Below are positions 37,870-46,950 of a stretch of DNA of 64,000 nucleotides, piece by piece. A model generated the notes under the pieces. It saw only the letters and a program-made list of their open reading frames with translations. It did not search any database and was not told the origin of the DNA. Source of the stretch: a virus. The DNA is taken from positions 1 to 64,000 of the IMG/VR virus record IMGVR_UViG_3300025122_000010; one strand, 5' to 3'. The position numbers and the translations under genes were made by a program. How positions within the stretch are numbered: position 1 is the first letter of the stretch; each line of letters starts with the position of its first letter.

Positions 37870-38316
37870 ATGTCTACTCGTTCTTGTATAGCTGCTCTAT
37901 GTGATGATGGAAAGATCAGAGCTATCAATTGTCATTATGATGGTTACCCAGACGGTGGTGGTGTTGGTGGTGTTCTAGAACGCTCATTCAACGATCAATA
38001 TAAGATCGAAGATTTGCTGAAGCTCGGAGCATTGAGTTGTTTGCACCATAGCATTGATTGTCCTCCAGGTCATTCATATGCTACACCAGTTGAAAGTTAC
38101 ACTGTAGCATATCATCGTGATCGAGGAGAAGATTTAGAAGTTGGAGAAGAATACGATTTTGAAGAACGTGATCCTAAGGATGTTTTGAGGAAACTAAGAG
38201 AGACTGGAGATTGGCAGTACGTTGACTTCTTGTATTACTGGAATGGAACGAAGTGGTATTACATATGCAACTATGATTGTGAACACACCAATCTACCAGG
38301 AAAAGGAACAAACTAA
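37870..38316 (+). CDS. conserved phage protein (STRS..CHYDGYP family)
   Basis: MSTRSCI, CHYDGYP, AYHRDRGE. Confidence 0.7.
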   Translation: MSTRSCIAALCDDGKIRAINCHYDGYPDGGGVGGVLERSFNDQYKIEDLLKLGALSCLHHSIDCPPGHSYATPVESYTVAYHRDRGEDLEVGEEYDFEERDPKDVLRKLRETGDWQYVDFLYYWNGTKWYYICNYDCEHTNLPGKGTN

Positions 38317-38317
38317 C

Positions 38318-38737
38318 ATGCCACGTTTTGAAGATCAGTTAGAGATCGATAAAACAATAGATGAGTTCAACAGACTTGTAAGTATTTCAAAAGAAGTTGG
38401 TGAATTAGTTCTTTCAATTAGAAACCCAGGACTTAAAAATGAAACTGCTATTGATGTTGAATGTGGTTCCTGGGATCCACCTGATGATGTTGTTGTAAGT
38501 TTTTGGATATCTCAATACAGAGAAGATGAAGCAGTAACTTTCCCAAATAGTTATCTCAGAATGACTGATGAAGAAATAACTGCAATAGAAGAAGAGAAGA
38601 AAGAAGCATCGCGCTTAAAGTTAGAAGAAGCAAAAGAAGAAAAGAAGAAGAAAGATGCAGAAGAAGTGAAGACAAGAGAATTGGCTCAATACAAACAACT
38701 ACAAGAGAAATATGGAGAATCTATAGGAGAAGTCTAA
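38318..38737 (+). CDS. hypothetical protein with coiled-coil C-terminus
   Basis: Likely start MPRF just after the upstream stop. Confidence 0.6.
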   Translation: MPRFEDQLEIDKTIDEFNRLVSISKEVGELVLSIRNPGLKNETAIDVECGSWDPPDDVVVSFWISQYREDEAVTFPNSYLRMTDEEITAIEEEKKEASRLKLEEAKEEKKKKDAEEVKTRELAQYKQLQEKYGESIGEV

Positions 38738-39100
38738 TGTCTAGGATAATATATATCACTTCACCAGATTATTCAAGACATGCAATCACTGTAGAAAAGC
38801 TTGTTCCTTCAAAGCGTAGACCTAGAGTTAAGAGAGTTGTAGGTGTTAAGTCAATCCCTCTTTTGACTAAGGAGCAACGACATGCTAGAAAGGCAATTGA
38901 CATCTATGGATAAGGAAAAAGAACTCAGTGATATCTACGAAGAATATATGTGGGAATTAGAACATTGGGCTAAAATCAGAGTTAAAGCGGAAAATCGAAT
39001 TAAGGAAATTAGGTTCAAATTAGCCAAGTCGATCAACGCTACAAGAAGTTTTGATTCATCACAAGAGGTTGTTGACGAACTTATGCAAAGAGTTAGATAA

Positions 39101-39177
39101 GGGGCGGTATGCTCAATTGGTAGAGCTCCAGGTTGTGGACCTGGCGGTTGTCAGTTCGACCCTGACCCGTCCCTCCA
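39101..39177 (+). tRNA. tRNA-His(GTG) with U73
   Basis: Loop TTGTGGA, TCCA end. Confidence 0.85.
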
Positions 39178-39422
39178 AAAAGGTTATGCTATGTTAGTTG
39201 CTACTGTGTGTTATACAAATCTAGATAATTATGAAAGATATCACTGGCCAACTAAGATGTTTAATCCTAGAATTGGTGACAGAGTTTGTGCAAGAAATGA
39301 TAGTGCACAGTTGTATATAAGCAGTATAGCACACGTACAAACTAAACATGGAGATGTATATCTGTACATTCATTTGAGTGGTGCAGTGTAGTATACAAAA
39401 CTGTTTAGAAATGTAGAAATGT

Positions 39423-39500
39423 AGGGAGGTAGCCAAGTCCGGTTAAAGCGCATGTCTGATAAACATGTTATCGTGGGTTCAAATCCCACCCTCCCTACCA
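39423..39500 (+). tRNA. tRNA-Ile(GAT)
   Basis: Loop CTGATAA, CCA. Confidence 0.88.
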
Positions 39501-39534
39501 AAAAAAACATTGAGGTTACAATGTTCTCATTATT

Positions 39535-39609
39535 CCCCAGTTCGTCTAATGAATAGGATACGGAGCTACGGACTCTGTGATATAGGTTTGATCCCTATAC
39601 TGGGGACCA
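39535..39609 (+). tRNA. tRNA-Arg(ACG) with deviant D and T loops
   Basis: Loop CTACGGA; T loop TTTGATC; D loop lacks GG; CCA. Confidence 0.75.
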
Positions 39610-39625
39610 ATTTATTAGAGGTTTT

Positions 39626-39874
39626 ATGACTTACATCAATGTAAAATTTGATATCGATATTGCAATGGGGGCGGCAGCTGAAATAGAAATTGAAAAGATT
39701 AGACAGTTATTGCTTAATCGAAGAGTTTCATTCACTAGTGACGATTATCACACCCAGACTACTAGAGAAGGAATAGTGAAACATGTAACAATAAAGTGGC
39801 GAACTCATGAGTGCCGCATAGGTTTTGAGGACCAGGTAATGCATGAGGTTGTAGGAAACATTGAAATTCTCTAG
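39626..39874 (+). CDS. hypothetical protein
   Basis: SD GAGG. Confidence 0.55.
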   Translation: MTYINVKFDIDIAMGAAAEIEIEKIRQLLLNRRVSFTSDDYHTQTTREGIVKHVTIKWRTHECRIGFEDQVMHEVVGNIEIL

Positions 39875-39920
39875 GAGATGGAATGATAACTCAATTAGTT
39901 ATAAATTATTACGTTTTGTT

Positions 39921-39949
39921 GTTTACTATTGCTTAGAATTGTTTATATT
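39921..39949 (+). promoter_or_regulatory. repeated early-type promoter, copy 4
   Basis: GTTTAC-N17-TATATT. Confidence 0.75.
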
Positions 39950-39959
39950 AGCTATGTAA

Positions 39960-40051
39960 GGAGGGTGACCGGCTGGACGAGGAACTAATTTGCTAAATTA
40001 GCAATGCAGCATCTGGCTGCATTAAGGGTTCAAGTCCCTTACCCTCCTCCA
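39960..40051 (+). tRNA. tRNA-Ser(GCT)
   Basis: Loop TTGCTAA, long V arm, TCCA. Confidence 0.85.
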
Positions 40052-40069
40052 ATTTGAAAGGATAGTAAA

Positions 40070-40453
40070 ATGGCTAATGACGAGAAGTGGCAGTTGCTTT
40101 ATGATGAAGCAAGTGCTGTAGGTTACAAAGCTGGTTTGGCATGCACTCCGAATCCGATATGTGTAGTAGAGCATGAAAACATGCTTGATGACAACTCACC
40201 AATTAAGCACAGTTGGTATGTTTCAGAAGGAGCTTGCGGATTTGCTTGGGTTGTTGTAAAGCCAGGGACTTCAAGTTTTGCAAGGTGGTTGAAGAAGAAC
40301 GATATTGGTCACAAGCATTATTATGGCGGTTGGGCTATCTGGATCAGTGACCACGGACAGTCAATAGCTAGGAAAGATGCACACGCAAGAGCTATGTCTG
40401 AAGTCTTTAGAGAGAACGACATCAACTGTTATGCAGATTCGAGGATGGACTAA
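40070..40453 (+). CDS. conserved phage protein (CGFAWV..QS family)
   Basis: GACGFAWV, QSIARK..A.A, ends SRMD. Confidence 0.7.
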   Translation: MANDEKWQLLYDEASAVGYKAGLACTPNPICVVEHENMLDDNSPIKHSWYVSEGACGFAWVVVKPGTSSFARWLKKNDIGHKHYYGGWAIWISDHGQSIARKDAHARAMSEVFRENDINCYADSRMD

Positions 40454-40704
40454 TGATTATCAAGAATGCTGAAACTCTATCTATATGCAGTGATCAACAG
40501 TTGTTCACGTTGATGAAGGATATCGAAGAATTCAGAACAGTAGGATATATTGGTACATCATTTCTCAGAAGCATTCATGACAATTTCTGTATAGTTTACT
40601 CTGATAAACTTTCAATTGATGTTACTGTTAATTGGATCGAAAGAGAGGCTGGACATCGTTGGTTTAAAAACGTAAAGAATGAAATAGGAGATCACAATGC
40701 GTGA
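40453..40704 (+). CDS. hypothetical protein
   Basis: Coupled ORF. Confidence 0.55.
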   Translation: MIIKNAETLSICSDQQLFTLMKDIEEFRTVGYIGTSFLRSIHDNFCIVYSDKLSIDVTVNWIEREAGHRWFKNVKNEIGDHNA

Positions 40705-41121
40705 TTCTATAATTAATTATTCATGGACTAGCTAAATACTCTCCTAGAAAGGCTGAGTTTCTAAGAGCACTATCTCAGCCGTTAGCTTCAGAAGCATGCG
40801 GAGATTGTGTTGTTGAAGTTAACGGAGTTAAGAAGACACTGCTAGAATGGACAGAAACTAGATGCAGTGAAATTCCTTTCTTTGAAAATCAGAAAAATCA
40901 GAAGGCAGAATGTGTTGGATATAATATATTTGTAGTGCCAGTTTTTCACGACCATAGTGGTGGCACATATAATCCGATAAACGCAAGTTACACAACACAG
41001 ATGTCAGATCTCGTTGTAAGAATAGAAGAAGATCAGATCCATATTAGCAAAGACAGACATGGAAAAGTAGGAGTTACAAGTCTTTGGGAAGTTGGAAATA
41101 GACTACATAAGCTTATTATGT

Positions 41122-41198
41122 CCCTTCGTAACTCAGTTGGCTAGAGTATCCGACTCTTAATCGGGAGGTCGTAGGTTCGAACCCTACCGAAGGGACCA
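41122..41198 (+). tRNA. tRNA-Lys(CTT)
   Basis: Loop CTCTTAA, CCA. Confidence 0.9.
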
Positions 41199-41405
41199 AA
41201 AAAAAGAGATCATAATGATACGCAAATTATGGATATATTTGTTTCACGATCTTACAGGAATGAGTTGTAGTTTTGTGAAGCATAAAGATCGTTATAAACA
41301 CATAGTTTACAAATGTGTAGGTTGTGGTAAGATTGTAGAGAGAGAAGTAATTGAACCGCCATCTGGTGATGCATCTTGGATAGGCGAGTATTGATTAATG
41401 AATTT

Positions 41406-41483
41406 GGCCGGGTAGCCCAATTGGCAAGAGGCGCATGATTCAAAACCATGATGTTGAGAGTTCGACTCTCTCCCCGGCTACCA
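41406..41483 (+). tRNA. tRNA-Leu(CAA) with short variable loop
   Basis: Loop TTCAAAA; 5-nt V loop; CCA. Confidence 0.8.
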
Positions 41484-41511
41484 AATTAAAAAATGAACAT
41501 GGAGAATTTGT

Positions 41512-41599
41512 GCCACTGTGGCGAAATCGGTAGTACGCGCTGGACTTAAAATTCAGTGATCGAAAGATCGTGAGAGTTCGAGTCTCTCCAGTGGCACCA
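41512..41599 (+). tRNA. tRNA-Leu(TAA)
   Basis: Loop CTTAAAA, long V arm, CCA. Confidence 0.9.
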
Positions 41600-41604
41600 A
41601 ATAT

Positions 41605-41627
41605 TTCGACTCCCTGATCCCCTACCA
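41605..41627 (+). pseudogene. orphan 3' tRNA fragment
   Basis: TTCGACT-CCCTG-ATCCCCT-ACCA with no 5' half. Confidence 0.5.
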
Positions 41628-41661
41628 AAAACTAAGAGGTCATATTGCCGATAGACTAAAT

Positions 41662-41751
41662 GCCCGGGTGGCGTAATTGGTAGGCGCGCTAGACTTAGAA
41701 TCTAGTGGAGTTTTTATCTCCGTGAGAGTTCGAGTCTCTCCCTGGGCACCA
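41662..41751 (+). tRNA. tRNA-Leu(TAG)
   Basis: Loop CTTAGAA, long V arm, CCA. Confidence 0.9.
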
Positions 41752-41800
41752 AAAATTAAGTAAGACATTTTATTCAGTTGTTTATGATGATGCACATATT

Positions 41801-41875
41801 GGGGGTATAGTTAAATGGATATAACCTGGGTCTTCTAAACCCAAGATCGGGGTTCGATTCCCCGTGCCCCCACCA
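41801..41875 (+). tRNA. tRNA-Arg(TCT)
   Basis: Loop CTTCTAA, CCA. Confidence 0.9.
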
Positions 41876-41895
41876 AAAATTAAAAGGATTCTGAA

Positions 41896-42300
41896 ATGCC
41901 AAGAATTCGTGGTTATACAATCTATAACAAGCAATTGACAGACATCACTGATGATGAGTACGATCAATTGCAGAAACTAGCTTTGAGAGGTGGTGCATTT
42001 AAAACTCATCTCAGGTTAAGTCAAAGAGACAAGGAGGAATACAAAGGGGAGAAGATATTTCTAATGAAGCACAACAGAAGTAAGAAGCTAGTAGGCTGGT
42101 CTTTGTGTTTCAAGCCCCAAGGCATCTATCTTTTTGTAGCAACAAAATTCAGACGAAAAGGATATGGGAAAGAGTTATATAGCAGAGCATTTAGTTACTT
42201 TAACAGGAGACATAAGAAACCAACTATATTCAGACATGATATGAGAAGTAATAGATTCTATGATAAAGTTTCTGATGACTCCAAAATAAGGATAGCCTAA
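41896..42300 (+). CDS. GNAT-family acetyltransferase
   Basis: LFVATKFRRKGYGKEL acetyl-CoA motif; NRFYDK. Confidence 0.7.
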   Translation: MPRIRGYTIYNKQLTDITDDEYDQLQKLALRGGAFKTHLRLSQRDKEEYKGEKIFLMKHNRSKKLVGWSLCFKPQGIYLFVATKFRRKGYGKELYSRAFSYFNRRHKKPTIFRHDMRSNRFYDKVSDDSKIRIA

Positions 42301-42926
42301 TGAAAAAGGTTTATATTGAGCAGTGGATGCGAACAAAGGAGGAAAAAGCTTCTGGTAAGAAAACTGAAGTGGTGTATGCATTAGAAGTCGGTGAACACGT
42401 CGATGTTCTAGCTTCTAGAATGGGAATGGGAACTAGATATTTTGCAAAAGGAAAGACTGATTGTTATTGGGTGCTTGATGCTAGAACAGGTTATAAGGTC
42501 TTAATCAACAAGCTAATATTTATGAGGATGTTAGAGGTTCATACAAATCAAGACTTGGAAGTTTACAAGATTCATGATAGAGCAGTTAGGGCTTTTCTAT
42601 ATAGACGCCCTCCAATGGCATATGGTGTACAAATTACTCTAATTCATAATGAATCCATCATTCAAGGAGTCGATACATTCAGTTTGGGCGAATATGAAAA
42701 TGAAACAAAGCGTTTTAGAACTGAAAGTGGTAATTATAGAAAGCAAGTAGCTGAAGCAAAAGCACTAAAGAAAGAAATTGAAGAAACAGAAGAATATGTA
42801 AAGAGATATCAAGAAATGATGGATGAAATACGATATGCAGCATCGGGTATACATACATTGAAAGAAAATTTGAGAACAATGAAGCACAATCTTCGTGTCT
42901 TTCGAAATATGGGAATTCTAGAATAA
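42300..42926 (+). CDS. hypothetical protein with coiled-coil C-terminus
   Basis: Coupled 208-aa ORF. Confidence 0.65.
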   Translation: MKKVYIEQWMRTKEEKASGKKTEVVYALEVGEHVDVLASRMGMGTRYFAKGKTDCYWVLDARTGYKVLINKLIFMRMLEVHTNQDLEVYKIHDRAVRAFLYRRPPMAYGVQITLIHNESIIQGVDTFSLGEYENETKRFRTESGNYRKQVAEAKALKKEIEETEEYVKRYQEMMDEIRYAASGIHTLKENLRTMKHNLRVFRNMGILE

Positions 42927-42928
42927 GT

Positions 42929-43010
42929 GGAGGGTAGCGCTACTGGTAGCAAACTAGTTTTGAACGCTAGGCCAGGTGAAAGCCTGAGGGTTCGACTCCT
43001 TTACCCTCCT
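42929..43010 (+). tRNA. tRNA-Ser(TGA), followed by CCC rather than CCA
   Basis: Loop TTTGAAC, long V arm. Confidence 0.8.
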
Positions 43011-43291
43011 CCCTAATAGAAAGTTACTTTTATGTCAAAGTATAATATAGAACTCTTTGCAGAATACATCTGTTATGGAATGATGATGGGAATATTCTAT
43101 TCGATCTATCTTGTAGCTTACTGTTTAATAATGACTTGGTGAAAACATGATACCGAATCTTAATGTGAAAAGAGATATGGATAGAGATCGAAGAAATCGT
43201 CTAGCATATCTTGCTTTATACTACGCTATTCAGGGTGATGAAGAACGATCAGAGAAGATAAGAAAACTAGTCAAAAATCTAGGAGGTTGCA

Positions 43292-43585
43292 ATGGAAAGA
43301 ATAGCGATGGGCAAGAAGAAGTCAATTGTTAAAGAAGAAAAAATCGTATATACATTTACAGTTGCAGAAGTAATTGAAGCTTTAGAAGGAATTGATACTT
43401 CAGATGGAACTAGTTCATTCATCCCTTTTATTGAAAATTGTGAAATGAGAATTAACAGAGGAGATGGAGAATTTGTAACTGTTATTCCGAGTATGGATAA
43501 GATTGAATTTGTGAATACATTCACAACTGCTGAAGAGTATAAAGAAGAATCACCTCATACAAGAGAAGAACTAGCTGCTCCTTGA
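43292..43585 (+). CDS. hypothetical protein
   Basis: SD AGGAGG. Confidence 0.6.
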   Translation: MERIAMGKKKSIVKEEKIVYTFTVAEVIEALEGIDTSDGTSSFIPFIENCEMRINRGDGEFVTVIPSMDKIEFVNTFTTAEEYKEESPHTREELAAP

Positions 43586-43660
43586 GCCACTATAGTTTAG
43601 CTGGTAAAACACTAGCCTTCCAAGCTGAAGTCCTCGGTTCGATTCCGTGTAGTGGCTCCA
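43586..43660 (+). tRNA. tRNA-Gly(TCC)
   Basis: Loop CTTCCAA, U73, CCA. Confidence 0.88.
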
Positions 43661-43669
43661 AAATAATTA

Positions 43670-43743
43670 GCGGGTATAGTATAACGGTATTACGTGACGT
43701 TGCCAACGTTAATATACGAGTTCAATTCTCGTTACCCGCTCCA
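43670..43743 (+). tRNA. tRNA-Gly(GCC)
   Basis: Loop TTGCCAA, U73, CCA. Confidence 0.88.
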
Positions 43744-43745
43744 GA

Positions 43746-43821
43746 GGTCCGGTCGCCAAATGGTTAAGGTAGCAGGTTGCAACCCTGTAATTTGTGAGTT
43801 CGAATCTCACCCGGACCTCCA
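43746..43821 (+). tRNA. tRNA-Cys(GCA)
   Basis: Loop TTGCAAC, U73, CCA. Confidence 0.9.
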
Positions 43822-43840
43822 TATTAAATAGGAGAATTCA

Positions 43841-44086
43841 ATGAGTCTGTTTTCTAGATGTAGACATAAATTTGAAAAGAAGATTGACGACAAAGGATAC
43901 CAGTTTTGTGAGAAATGTGGAAAAGCAATTCAAGTAAAAACAAAATGCAATCACAAATGGGTTATTCATAGCGACACTGTTAAGACTACATTAAGAGATG
44001 TTATTATCGAATTTCTATTTGTAATGAGATGTGAAAAGTGTGGTGAAATGAAGACTCATAGAATAGGAGTGAACGATCGATATTGA
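43841..44086 (+). CDS. small double Zn-finger protein
   Basis: CxH..CEKCG twice; SD AGGAG. Confidence 0.65.
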   Translation: MSLFSRCRHKFEKKIDDKGYQFCEKCGKAIQVKTKCNHKWVIHSDTVKTTLRDVIIEFLFVMRCEKCGEMKTHRIGVNDRY

Positions 44087-44087
44087 T

Positions 44088-44173
44088 GTCCGAGTGGTGG
44101 AATGGCAGACACGCTAGCTTGAGGGGCTAGTGGTAGAGATACCGTGCAGGTTCAACTCCTGTCTCGGACACCA
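44088..44173 (+). tRNA. tRNA-Leu(GAG)
   Basis: Loop TTGAGGG, long V arm, CCA. Confidence 0.9.
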
Positions 44174-44194
44174 AATAACAAATGAGGTTTCAAA

Positions 44195-44416
44195 ATGACA
44201 ATATTACAATTGCCAGTAAAAGTATTTTCTGAAGCAGTTGTTCGTTTCTTGTTGATGTGTTTGGGATGTGTGGTAGTTGTATTGCCAATCATTATAACAT
44301 TAGATATGTTATTTGCTACATTATGCGTGATTGCAGGTTTCTGCATTGCATTCTATTTTGGTGCCACATGCGGCACTTTGTTAAATATGTATGGCACGGG
44401 AATTGACATGAATTGA
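44195..44416 (+). CDS. small membrane protein
   Basis: SD GAGG; hydrophobic. Confidence 0.55.
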   Translation: MTILQLPVKVFSEAVVRFLLMCLGCVVVVLPIIITLDMLFATLCVIAGFCIAFYFGATCGTLLNMYGTGIDMN

Positions 44417-44632
44417 AGACCACTTATTCAGAAGGAGAGAAAGTACCCGATCCAGATAACAGAGCTGAATACTCTACTGGTGGATCCTCCTCCTCGTGAC
44501 TACGTCTTTGGTACTTCCGTGGGTCTGCAGAAGACGCTTCTTGACCGTTGCGCAGCAGAGAAATGTCACTGTTCTTTAGAAGAATTAAAATAAGTTTAAT
44601 GCTAGAAGTTATTTATTATAACTAGATAGAAT

Positions 44633-44710
44633 GGGGCGGTAGCTAAAAGTGGTAAAAGCAGGACTCTTATAAAGTCAAGATAGCTGGTTCAACTCCAGCC
44701 CGCCCTACCA
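44633..44710 (+). tRNA. tRNA-Ile(TAT)
   Basis: GGACT-CTTATAA-AGTCA, A73, CCA. Confidence 0.85.
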
Positions 44711-44873
44711 AAAAAATCAAGGAGGCTCCAATGAGTTCAAAATCTGATGCGTATAATTCAATTGTCATAGCTAAGGAAAGCATAAAAGATGGAAACACTG
44801 GAACGAACAGAGCATTAATTGCAATCGCAAAATCTTTATTAGTAATAGCAGCAGCAATCAAAGAAAACAAACT

Positions 44874-44949
44874 GCCCGTGTAACTCAGTGGTTAGAGTTC
44901 CTGTCCTACAAACAGGTGGTCGTTGGTTCGAATCCAACCTCGGGCACCA
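44874..44949 (+). tRNA. tRNA-Val(TAC) with C33
   Basis: CCTGT-CCTACAA-ACAGG, CCA. Confidence 0.88.
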
Positions 44950-44966
44950 AATAAATGGAGGTTTCT

Positions 44967-45230
44967 ATGAACAGTCTAAAAGGCAAACTTCAATTGGTTG
45001 CTGGAATCATTACTACTTTATGGGTGTTTGTTGCAATGTTTTGTAGTGAGCCAGGTTATCTTTATAGTTCAAAATGCGATTGTGAAGCTGCATTTACGTT
45101 TTTTGGAATTGTAGGCGGGTTTTCAATGATTTTTGCAATTATATATGGCATCAGGCAATTACTGTATGAAGGTGCAAAGAATTGCAAACTGAGAATAAGT
45201 TATGACAATAATTCTAAAACAGAAGAATAG
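44967..45230 (+). CDS. small 2-TM membrane protein
   Basis: SD GGAGG before ATG at 44967. Confidence 0.55.
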   Translation: MNSLKGKLQLVAGIITTLWVFVAMFCSEPGYLYSSKCDCEAAFTFFGIVGGFSMIFAIIYGIRQLLYEGAKNCKLRISYDNNSKTEE

Positions 45231-45282
45231 GAGGGTGCTAACATGACGTAACTATCTAACAACTAAAAATAGGAGACTAGTT

Positions 45283-45810
45283 ATGTCTGAAGATGAAGTA
45301 CTTTTCGATCCAGAGTATAATCCTGAGTGGTATGAAAGAATGATTCTTTGGTTCTATCATAACATTTGGGAAAAAAGAGATGTTCGTAGAAGGTTAAGAT
45401 GGTTTTGGCAAAGAAGAACCAGAGGATTCGATGATCTTGAACTTTGGAATCTTCATTATAGTTTCACAGATTTCATTCTTCCTAGATTGAAAGCATTCAG
45501 AGAACTCGGACTTATGGGTTGTCCTGTTCTTGAAGGTTATGAGTTTAATGGAAATCATGATGGAATGCACGATGAGTGGAAAGAGATTCTTGACAAGATG
45601 GTTAATGCTTTCTACTATATGAAAATAGATATGGAAGATATGCATTACCCTCCATCAAAAATGATGAAAAAAGAAGACGGAACAATTTACTTTAAGCACT
45701 ATCCAGGTTATAACTATGATGAATACACTACAGAAATGAAAAGAAGATGGGATGTTATTGAAGAAGGCTTAAAACTATTCGGTAAGTATTATCAAGGCAT
45801 ATGGGATTGA
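45283..45810 (+). CDS. conserved phage protein
   Basis: WQRRTRGFDD..WNL..ILPRLKAF..EGLKLFGKYY..WD. Confidence 0.7.
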   Translation: MSEDEVLFDPEYNPEWYERMILWFYHNIWEKRDVRRRLRWFWQRRTRGFDDLELWNLHYSFTDFILPRLKAFRELGLMGCPVLEGYEFNGNHDGMHDEWKEILDKMVNAFYYMKIDMEDMHYPPSKMMKKEDGTIYFKHYPGYNYDEYTTEMKRRWDVIEEGLKLFGKYYQGIWD

Positions 45811-45820
45811 GGAGGTTTCT

Positions 45821-46156
45821 ATGATAATGTGGCATGTTGGTCCAGATGCTATAATGGACCATGCAAGAATAGTTAAGATTCTTTTATGTGATGCTATTGT
45901 CAGAAAGGGATATGTAACACAAGAACAAGGTAATGAAATTTGTGATAACATAATTATCACGTATGAACGTAAACCTCTTTTGAGCACTGCCTGGAATTGG
46001 GTGAGTGGTGATAAAGAGAAGTATTCGTTCATAGTTTCAGAACTTATTAATTGTTCTGGAAGAGAAAAAGATGTAGATCATATTTTAGCAAAGAAATCAG
46101 CACCAAAGTTAGAAGAAGCAAAAGAAGAAAAGGAAGAAGAAACTAAAGACGAATGA
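45821..46156 (+). CDS. hypothetical protein
   Basis: SD GAGGAGG. Confidence 0.6.
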   Translation: MIMWHVGPDAIMDHARIVKILLCDAIVRKGYVTQEQGNEICDNIIITYERKPLLSTAWNWVSGDKEKYSFIVSELINCSGREKDVDHILAKKSAPKLEEAKEEKEEETKDE

Positions 46157-46161
46157 ATTTG

Positions 46162-46235
46162 CGCGGGGAGGATCGGTTATCCCATCTGGTCTCATAAGCC
46201 AGACTTCGTGAGTTCAACTCTCACCCCCGCTTCCA
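46162..46235 (+). tRNA. tRNA-Met(CAT), initiator-like C1 mismatch
   Basis: CGCGGGG start, loop CTCATAA, short D loop, CCA. Confidence 0.75.
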
Positions 46236-46244
46236 TTTATAACT

Positions 46245-46401
46245 GAACAGAGTGACTGAATAATCCCTTCTTGGTGGGGATAAAGTACAGTTGACTAGTA
46301 TGGTAGCTAGAGGCTGGTTCAGGGGATACCTTAGAGACAGATTAGCCAAGCTCCTGTTAAGAGAGTCTATTCTAGATATATATCTACTCTCTTCTCTGTT
46401 C
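46245..46401 (+). ncRNA. unassigned multi-hairpin RNA
   Basis: GAACAGAG/CTCTGTTC closes four hairpins; lies between two CAT tRNAs. Confidence 0.4.
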
Positions 46402-46411
46402 TTACAAAAAT

Positions 46412-46483
46412 ACCGGTAGCCCAGGTTTGGGGAGTGATTCTCATAAGATCATTCTTTGAGTTCAATTCTCTCTACCGGTACCA
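46412..46483 (+). tRNA. compact non-canonical tRNA with CAT anticodon
   Basis: 4-nt D loop, 6-7-bp anticodon stem, tiny V loop, weak T stem, CCA. Confidence 0.6.
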
Positions 46484-46853
46484 ACTATGAGGTTTTGATA
46501 TGACTTCTGAAGATCATAAGATTCCAACTCCAAAAGAGTTTTTAGCAAAGCAAGATGACAAAAAAAGAAAAAAAGAGAAAAGCTAATTGACACTTGGAGT
46601 AAGTTATTCAAAACAGAATTGGAAGCAAAGTCAAAGTGTAAAGTAATTCCTCCAGCTGTAGTAAAGTTGCATGTTGTGAATCGTCTTGCAGAACATGAAT
46701 TAACTATACTCATCGATCATTTTTCAAGATATGGTTGGCATATGTATTATGTTCCAGAATCAGATACATCTTGGTCAATGACAGCAAAGAGCTATCATAC
46801 ATTTATTAAGCATTATTATATGTTTAAGCCTGAAAATGATTGGAAAGCATAGT

Positions 46854-46929
46854 TGCCCTGTGGTCTAATTGGCACGACGCCTGGCTCTGGACCAGGAAAT
46901 TCTAGGTTCGAATCCTAGCAGGGCAGCCA
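46854..46929 (+). tRNA. tRNA-Gln(CTG)
   Basis: Loop CTCTGGA, GCCA. Confidence 0.9.
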
Positions 46930-46950
46930 AAACAAAAGGTTGTTTTAAAA

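Noticed and set aside
36456-43767. ORFs 36456-36719, 36643-36852 and 43582-43767
   Set aside because: They overlap tRNA genes and promoters, so they are probably spurious.
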